Source of the DNA: Vulcanimicrobiota bacterium | GTDB taxonomy: Bacteria > Vulcanimicrobiota > Vulcanimicrobiia > Vulcanimicrobiales > Vulcanimicrobiaceae | Reading direction: 5' to 3' | DNA length: 64,000 nucleotides | NCBI GenBank assembly: GCA_963714015.1 | Contig: OY970223.1 | Span: 2,432,001 to 2,496,000, forward strand | Shown: in pieces, positions 58,394 to 64,000 of the stretch | Layout of the letters: each line of letters opens with the position of its first letter | How positions within the stretch are numbered: position 1 is the first letter of the stretch | Notes under the pieces: model-generated | The model's input: the letters and a program-made list of their open reading frames with translations, nothing else | Databases searched by the model: none | What the model was told of the DNA's origin: nothing | Translations under genes and position numbers: made by a program

Positions 58394-60340
58394 CTATTGG
58401 GCGGGTGCCGGTGACATTAAAGGTTTGGCAATGACCTCCGTGGTCTCGCCGATTGAGTGTCGTGCTACCGTGCCTTGCACCGCAGGCGGGAGCAGATGCG
58501 CGCCGAGCGCATATTCCGGAACGAACTCGCGAAGCAAGTCCAGCGCCACACGCCAATCCGCGACGCGAATGGCACGCTGAATGCGCTCCATCGCGACACC
58601 GATCCGCTCGTAGTCGATGCGATCTTGCTTGGCAATGAAAAGCCGATGATGGCTCGTGCTGCAGACGCCTTCTCCGGCGGTGAGAATCTCCTCGAAGAGT
58701 TTCTCGCCGGGGCGGATCGACGTTTCGACGATGTCGATGTCCTTATAGGGCTCCAATCCCGAGAGCCGGATCACTTGCTCGGCCAAGTGCAGAATCTTGA
58801 TCGGGTCGCCCATGTCTAGGACGAAGACTTCACCGTCATTGCCCATGGACATCGCTTGCAGCACCAGCGAAACGGCTTCGGGAATCGTCATGAAATAGCG
58901 CTTCATATCGCGATGCGTGATTGTGACCGGTCCGCCGCTTGCCACTTGCTGTTTGAAGGTGGGCACTACGCTGCCCCGGCTTCCCAAGACGTTGCCGAAG
59001 CGGACCACCACGAACTCCGTGCTGCTGCTGCCCGAAAAGGACTGACAGATCAGCTCCGCCATGCGTTTGGTCAGGCCCATCACGCTGGTGGGGTTCACCG
59101 CCTTGTCCGTGGAGAGCAGGACAAACTTCGCGGTGCCCGATGCCGCGGCCGCAAGCGCCACGGATCGCGTTCCCATGACGTTGTTGCGAACGGCTTCGCA
59201 GATATTATCCTCGACGATTGGCACGTGCTTGTGTGCCGCCGCGTGAAAGACTATCCGCGGCCGGTACGTCGAGAACGCATTGCGGATCGCCGGACCGTCA
59301 GCGACGTCGGCGAGGATCATCTTCGTGCGCGTAAACTGGTATTTGTTGCGCAGCTCTTGGTCGATGGCGAACAGGCTGTTTTCACCGTGTCCGAGCAGCA
59401 GCAGCAGTTTCGGATCGAAGGTGACGATCTGCCGGCAGATCTCACTGCCGATCGAGCCGCCGGCACCCGTGACCAAGACGACTTGATCCTCGAGGTGCGG
59501 ACGAAGCGCCGCCGTGTCGACGACGACCGGTTCGCGCGCGAGCACGTCCTCCAACCGGATGTCGCGAATGCGCGAGATAGTGACTTTTTCGTTCAGAATG
59601 TCCACCGCATCGGGCAGCACCTTAACCGTGGTCGGCCGGTCGGCGCGGCTGGCGAGATCCTTGATGCGATTGATCACCGGCAGCGGCGCACCTGGAATCG
59701 CGACGATGAGCGAGTCGATTTGGTGCTTGGCTACGACGGCCGGAATCTCGTCAATGTTGCCCAGGATGCGAATGCCGTCGACGCGCCTGACTGCCAGGCC
59801 GTCGTCGATGCAGCCCACCAAGCGCATCGGCAGCGTGCGATCTTCTTGAATGGCCCGTATCAAGTTCAGCGCGGGCATGCCGACGCCGACCACCAGCACG
59901 CGCTGAGCGTTGGGGCGGCTGGTCAAAACGAACGTCCGCGCCAGCACGAGCGCTATTCGGAGAAACATGCGTAGAATGAAGCCGAGCATCGCCGCTATGA
60001 CGACCAAGCGCCCGGACGAATGTTCGAGTGGGCCGGGAAGGAGCCAGACACACGTCAATGCCAGCAAGGTTCCGCCGACGGCGCCGTAGAGTAGGCGCAG
60101 GACGTCGTGGAAGTCGAACGTGCGGGCGCTCTCATAGCGCCATTGCATGTAGGCGCCCGTCACGAACAGAAGCAACGTTATCAGCGCGAGCTGTACGGGG
60201 TGCGCGGAGTGGATGTCACCGACCGCCGTGGCCGACACGACGGCTATGAAGAGCAGGGCAAAGTCCGCTATGAGCAGTCCGAACCGAAGTCCCGGCCTGA
60301 TCCCTCGAACGGTCGTGTCCAAATCCGGTGTAAATTTCAT
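58394..60340 (-). CDS. Membrane-bound UDP-GlcNAc 4,6-dehydratase, PglF/CapD/WbpM family
   Basis: N-terminal TM helices; TGAGGSIGSE, HAAAHKHVP, STDKAVNP, RFGNVLGSRGSV, RPGEKL.EE. Confidence 0.94.
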   Translation of the reverse strand: MKFTPDLDTTVRGIRPGLRFGLLIADFALLFIAVVSATAVGDIHSAHPVQLALITLLLFVTGAYMQWRYESARTFDFHDVLRLLYGAVGGTLLALTCVWLLPGPLEHSSGRLVVIAAMLGFILRMFLRIALVLARTFVLTSRPNAQRVLVVGVGMPALNLIRAIQEDRTLPMRLVGCIDDGLAVRRVDGIRILGNIDEIPAVVAKHQIDSLIVAIPGAPLPVINRIKDLASRADRPTTVKVLPDAVDILNEKVTISRIRDIRLEDVLAREPVVVDTAALRPHLEDQVVLVTGAGGSIGSEICRQIVTFDPKLLLLLGHGENSLFAIDQELRNKYQFTRTKMILADVADGPAIRNAFSTYRPRIVFHAAAHKHVPIVEDNICEAVRNNVMGTRSVALAAAASGTAKFVLLSTDKAVNPTSVMGLTKRMAELICQSFSGSSSTEFVVVRFGNVLGSRGSVVPTFKQQVASGGPVTITHRDMKRYFMTIPEAVSLVLQAMSMGNDGEVFVLDMGDPIKILHLAEQVIRLSGLEPYKDIDIVETSIRPGEKLFEEILTAGEGVCSTSHHRLFIAKQDRIDYERIGVAMERIQRAIRVADWRVALDLLREFVPEYALGAHLLPPAVQGTVARHSIGETTEVIAKPLMSPAPAQ

Positions 60341-60488
60341 CGTCGTCTGGCCGAATTGTAGCGCGGCGCCCTGGGCGCCCGCAGGCTGCCGACGACCCCG
60401 AAACTGAGGCGAAGGCCCCAATCCGGCTGTCCGATTACGGACGCTTGGCCTAGGGCAAAATTGGAGGATTTCGGTTACTCTTGAATCC

Positions 60489-61098
60489 GTGGTACTGCTT
60501 GAAAGAATTCGGGCCGTTCCCGGTGCGGTGCGCCGGCAACTGCGTGACCTGATAAGCGACGAAGTCGAGCGCCGGCGTCTGCCGGGCGTCCATTACGCTA
60601 CCGGCGTGATCGTGCGCGGGGCCCGGCATATTACGGTAGGCAGCAACGTCTTCTTCGATCATCGCGCGTATCTGCAGGTCAACAACGTCAACGGTCAGCC
60701 CGGTTTTATCAGTGATCGGCGACAACGTCGAAATCGGCCCTTACAGCGCGATTTGGGGCGGCGGCGGCGTGACGATCGGCAGCGACGTGCACCTCGGCTG
60801 CCACGTGCACATCACGTCTATGGAAGGCGAGCAGGTTCCGGCCGACAATTTCGACGTCAACAAACCGCTCGAAATTGCTCGCGCACCGGTAGTCATCGGC
60901 AATCACGTCCTGATTTGTTCGAACTCAGTGATCGTGCCGGGCGTGACGGTCGGACATCATGCGATGATTGCCGCAGGAGCGGTCGTTACCGAAGACGTTC
61001 CACCGTATGCCCTCGTAGCCGGCGTGCCGGCGCGCGTGATCCGATACAATAACGGCAGCCCCAACGGGATCCCGGCGATAAAAGCCACTATCGGCTGA
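60489..61098 (+). CDS. Hexapeptide-repeat acyltransferase (frameshift near 60710)
   Basis: IGDNVEIG, VTIGSDV, PVVIGNHV, GAVVTEDVPP..LVAGVPARVI. Confidence 0.85.
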
Positions 61099-62704
61099 CC
61101 AGCCATAGCGTCAGCGCATCCGGATCACCGGCCGCCCCCTGGAATTGCGCCACTTGCGCGTTCACAAAACTGCTCGCGACGGCGCGCGCCGCGTGTCCCT
61201 GCAACATGGAGCGCGAATCAGCGGAATTTGCGATCAGATAGACCGCGTCGTACCCCCGAGGCACGCGCAGCGGTGCCGCGGTACGCGGGATCTCGATGCG
61301 CGCATCAGCATCCAGATAAAATGCCAGGTCCAGAGCGCGCGGCCATTGTCGCGGTACGACTATCAGCGCATGCGGTACCGTATTGATTTGCTCGGCCATC
61401 GCCGGCAATGCTCCGTCCTGGCGGTTGTCCCACCAAACGCTCGAGCGCGTGTCGACGAAACTAGAGACGGCTGCGAGTCCGAGCACGATTGCCGCGGCGA
61501 CGGCCCAGCTCGCGCGTTTCTCGGGAAATCGCGACGTTCGAATGCGGCAGGCCAAAAAGCCGGCAAGGCAAGTCAAGAGCGCGATCCACAGAGGTATCTC
61601 GTAGCGCGTCACACTGGAGCGGTGTTGGTGCAGCACAACGTCCGGTAACAGCAGCGTAACCGCCGGAACGGCAAGCGATGCCGCGGCAAAAATGCGCGCG
61701 CGGCGAGGCGCGCCGCTTAGACTCCATACAAGCGCAAACGCAACCAGAAGCCCGATGGGAATCAAGATCACTGCGAGCCAGAGGCGCAGGTACTCCAGGT
61801 CCCAGAGGCTCGTGCCGGCGTTGAACGCCCACTTTTCCAGAAGCTTTGTCAGGGGCCACGGACTTGCAGTCCACGCGTTCTCCGCGACGATCGCCGAGCG
61901 ATGAACGTAAATTTGCGCGGCCCAGGGCAGAAAGACCAGTATGGCGGCACTGCCGGCCGCGATGAAACCGCCGAGCCGCTTTCCGCGCAGCAGAACCGCG
62001 GCATACGCCGCATGAACGGCAATAGTGACCACGGAGAGCACGGCGGTGTAAAGCGACAACCCGGCGCAGACGGCGTATGCAATCCACCACGCGGGTCCAC
62101 CCGTTCGGCTTGCACGCAAAAATACAGCGTTCATTACGAGTATAGCGAGAGACCATGCGCTGTACTCCCGTGCTTGCAGCGAGTAAATGACGAGCACCGG
62201 CGATAACGCCGTGAGCCCGAACCCCAAAGCGGCTGCAAGCGCACTGGCATAGAGCTCCCAGCAGAGCCAGGCCGCCGCGAAGGGCACCAGCAAGCCGAAG
62301 ATCAGTGCCGGCAGACGAATTCCGGCAATCGACGCGCCCGTTACGCGCGTCCAAAGCGCGGTAATGACGTAATACACCGGAGGATGCTGCGCATCTTCGA
62401 GCGCCAGCGAACGAACCGCTGCAGTGACGCCCCGTTCGTCCCCGCGTCCCGCAAACCTAAGAATTTGCGAGACGGGATGCGCGCTTGCGCCGGTAGTTAC
62501 GGCCGTAAACTCCGCGCTCGTATGTCCCGAAACGCGCATTGCGGTTACCGCTTCATCGGACCAAAAAACTCGACCGGGCATTCCCGCGATGCGAAACGCC
62601 AGCCCTGCCAAGCCGAGCGCGACGCAGAGAAGCGCTGTCGCTAGAACCACCGAGCGGCGCTTGCTTTGCGGCACGTCCGCCGCATTCAGTACGCCGATGC
62701 GCAC
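61088..62704 (-). CDS. GT-C fold membrane glycosyltransferase (PMT/ArnT-like)
   Basis: FWSDE, HPP.YY, YS..AR.YS; multiple TM helices. Confidence 0.82.
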   Translation of the reverse strand: MRIGVLNAADVPQSKRRSVVLATALLCVALGLAGLAFRIAGMPGRVFWSDEAVTAMRVSGHTSAEFTAVTTGASAHPVSQILRFAGRGDERGVTAAVRSLALEDAQHPPVYYVITALWTRVTGASIAGIRLPALIFGLLVPFAAAWLCWELYASALAAALGFGLTALSPVLVIYSLQAREYSAWSLAILVMNAVFLRASRTGGPAWWIAYAVCAGLSLYTAVLSVVTIAVHAAYAAVLLRGKRLGGFIAAGSAAILVFLPWAAQIYVHRSAIVAENAWTASPWPLTKLLEKWAFNAGTSLWDLEYLRLWLAVILIPIGLLVAFALVWSLSGAPRRARIFAAASLAVPAVTLLLPDVVLHQHRSSVTRYEIPLWIALLTCLAGFLACRIRTSRFPEKRASWAVAAAIVLGLAAVSSFVDTRSSVWWDNRQDGALPAMAEQINTVPHALIVVPRQWPRALDLAFYLDADARIEIPRTAAPLRVPRGYDAVYLIANSADSRSMLQGHAARAVASSFVNAQVAQFQGAAGDPDALTLWLVSR

Positions 62705-62714
62705 CGTAGCGTCA

Positions 62715-63599
62715 CTAGTTTTCCGTCATGAACCGCACCTGCGGCAATCCGGCGGCCGGCATGGCGCCGACCACGAGCCAGTATGCGACGTGATGCTGCA
62801 GCAAAATTTGACTCGGCGCTTTGGCGCTCAGCGTGTAATTCGTCACCAGATCATTGCCTTGGCTGTCTTTGGACGTCGAATAGCCGACGTAAATCGCAAC
62901 CGGACCGTTGAAGGTAGCGAGCTGCGTCGCCGATATCGGCTCTCCCCATTCATCGAAAAGCGTTTGGAGCGACGCATAGGTGTAGTCGACGTTGAAGTTT
63001 TGGGGTTCCGTCGGGTCTTCGAGGTGAATGATTCCCGAATAGTCGTGCGTGTGCAGTTTGTAGAAACAGTCGGCCGTTAAAACTTCGTCGGTGTCGTTCG
63101 GCTGTCCGGACGCTTTGGGTTCGATCGGATTCTCCATGCCGATCGCTTGCGGAATCGCTTCCCAAACACCATTCGCATACAAACCGACGAATGCATGGAC
63201 GTGATAGCCCGTGCCCATGTTTCCCGTCAGGCAAGGAACCCCGCCGATCGTTTGCCCGAAACCGCCGGCGCGCGTGTCGCCGGCTTGATCCGTCCAAGAC
63301 GCCGTCCCTGAGGAATACCAACTCGTATTTCCGTTGATGAAGTTGATCTCTGCACTCACCACGACGTTGTTGGCCGGAATATTCCCGTTTACGGGTGCGG
63401 TGGTCGGCACGGCGGTCGGCGCAACGGTTGGGGACGGCGTCGGGCTGTTTGCCGGCGAGGTCGAGGGCGAAGGATTTCCGCCTCCGGGATTGTTCGTCGG
63501 ATTAGGAATCGGCGCACTGGCTGAGCCGCCTCCGCCGCCGCACGCTGCCAGAGCGATTGTCAGCGCAAAGAGTAATCCTACGACTCGTGACCTGTTCAT
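62715..63599 (-). CDS. Lipoprotein with PST linker and His-rich domain of unknown function
   Basis: Lipobox LAACGGGG; YHVHAFVG, IP.AIG, CFY.LHTHD.SGIIH.E, FDEWG. Confidence 0.8.
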   Translation of the reverse strand: MNRSRVVGLLFALTIALAACGGGGGSASAPIPNPTNNPGGGNPSPSTSPANSPTPSPTVAPTAVPTTAPVNGNIPANNVVVSAEINFINGNTSWYSSGTASWTDQAGDTRAGGFGQTIGGVPCLTGNMGTGYHVHAFVGLYANGVWEAIPQAIGMENPIEPKASGQPNDTDEVLTADCFYKLHTHDYSGIIHLEDPTEPQNFNVDYTYASLQTLFDEWGEPISATQLATFNGPVAIYVGYSTSKDSQGNDLVTNYTLSAKAPSQILLQHHVAYWLVVGAMPAAGLPQVRFMTEN

Positions 63600-63621
63600 T
63601 CAACCCTCATGAAAACGAAAT

Positions 63622-63647
63622 AAGGCCGGACGAAATCGTCCGGCCTT
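63622..63647. terminator. Hairpin (terminator or mRNA stabiliser) between two paralogous genes
   Basis: aaggccggacga-aa-tcgtccggcctt with T-rich flanks. Confidence 0.6.
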
Positions 63648-63661
63648 TTCGCGCGCGGAAT

Positions 63662-64000
63662 TTAGTACTCGACGTTCCACTCGACTTCGGGAAGTCCGAC
63701 AGTGCCGTCTTGTTGTTTGGGCATGGCGCCGATGACGATCCAGGTCGTGTTATGGTATGCCAGGGGCACCGCAGCTTGCCGAGCTCACTTGCGTGTACGA
63801 GTCGACGAGATGGCCGCCGTGCGGTCCGATATCGTTGCCCTGAACGCCGGTGTAGATTGCCACCGGGCCGGTCAAGTTCGTGCCGCCGGGGACGGTCAGC
63901 CCGGTTGCCGAGAGCGTCACGCCCCAGATATCCAGCAAGCTCTGCACCGACGGGCTGTACGAGAGCGGCGAGGTCGTTGACGTGCTCTGCGAGTAGTTCA
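63662..64000 (-). CDS. C-terminal part of a paralog of 62715..63599 (5' end off window, frameshift near 63775)
   Basis: SVQSLLDIWG, GPVAIYTG, HLVDSYT, WIVIGAMP..GLPEV match SLQTLFDEWG, GPVAIYVG, DLVTNYT, WLVVGAMP..GLPQV. Confidence 0.75.

Noticed and set aside
2674..59974. Long antisense or alternative-frame ORFs (e.g. 2674-3717, 7262-8332, 11320-12531, 58856-59974)
   Set aside because: Shadow ORFs opposite well-supported genes, expected in high-GC DNA, with no recognisable motifs.
483..63800. Widespread frameshifts as pseudogenisation or programmed frameshifting
   Set aside because: They hit core genes (valS, ruvB, carB, pyrC), are single-base indels with otherwise intact motifs and show no consistent slippery site. 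Sequencing error is the simplest explanation.

Overview
High-GC bacterial chromosome segment. The gene style (ACGGGGG-type lipoproteins, Vgb-like propellers, PASTA kinase, SpoIID) suggests Ca. Eremiobacterota/Vulcanimicrobiota, but this is inference only. Many single-base frameshifts, including in valS, ruvB, carB and pyrC, look like uncorrected long-read errors, so split genes are reported as joined CDSs with approximate boundaries. 1-22.1 kb (minus strand) is housekeeping: valS-pyrR-pyrB-pyrC-carA, a Bat/MoxR/DUF58/VWA cassette, pdxH, a sugar epimerase, carB, a Cys/His hypothetical protein, a PBP, pknB, ruvCAB and a SpoIID-domain gene. 22.2-62.7 kb is a large Wzx/Wzy polysaccharide locus: wza, wzc, priming transferase, flippase, polymerase, several GTs, a WbpABDEI-like diacetamido-uronic acid pathway, PglF, AsnB, GNAT and a methyltransferase. 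It is interrupted by a decayed IS3-scarred islet at 46.6-50.1 kb. Most notable findings: (1) a 3x129-bp coding tandem repeat coupled by ATGA overlaps between the PBP gene and pknB; (2) three paralogous secreted Cys-rich proteins, possibly glycoside hydrolases, inside the polysaccharide locus; (3) an atypical NarL/DosR-like regulator, a stand-alone atypical receiver, and recurrent GGGAC-N4-GTCCC-like boxes in polysaccharide promoters; (4) a structured ~170-nt ncRNA candidate upstream of carB.
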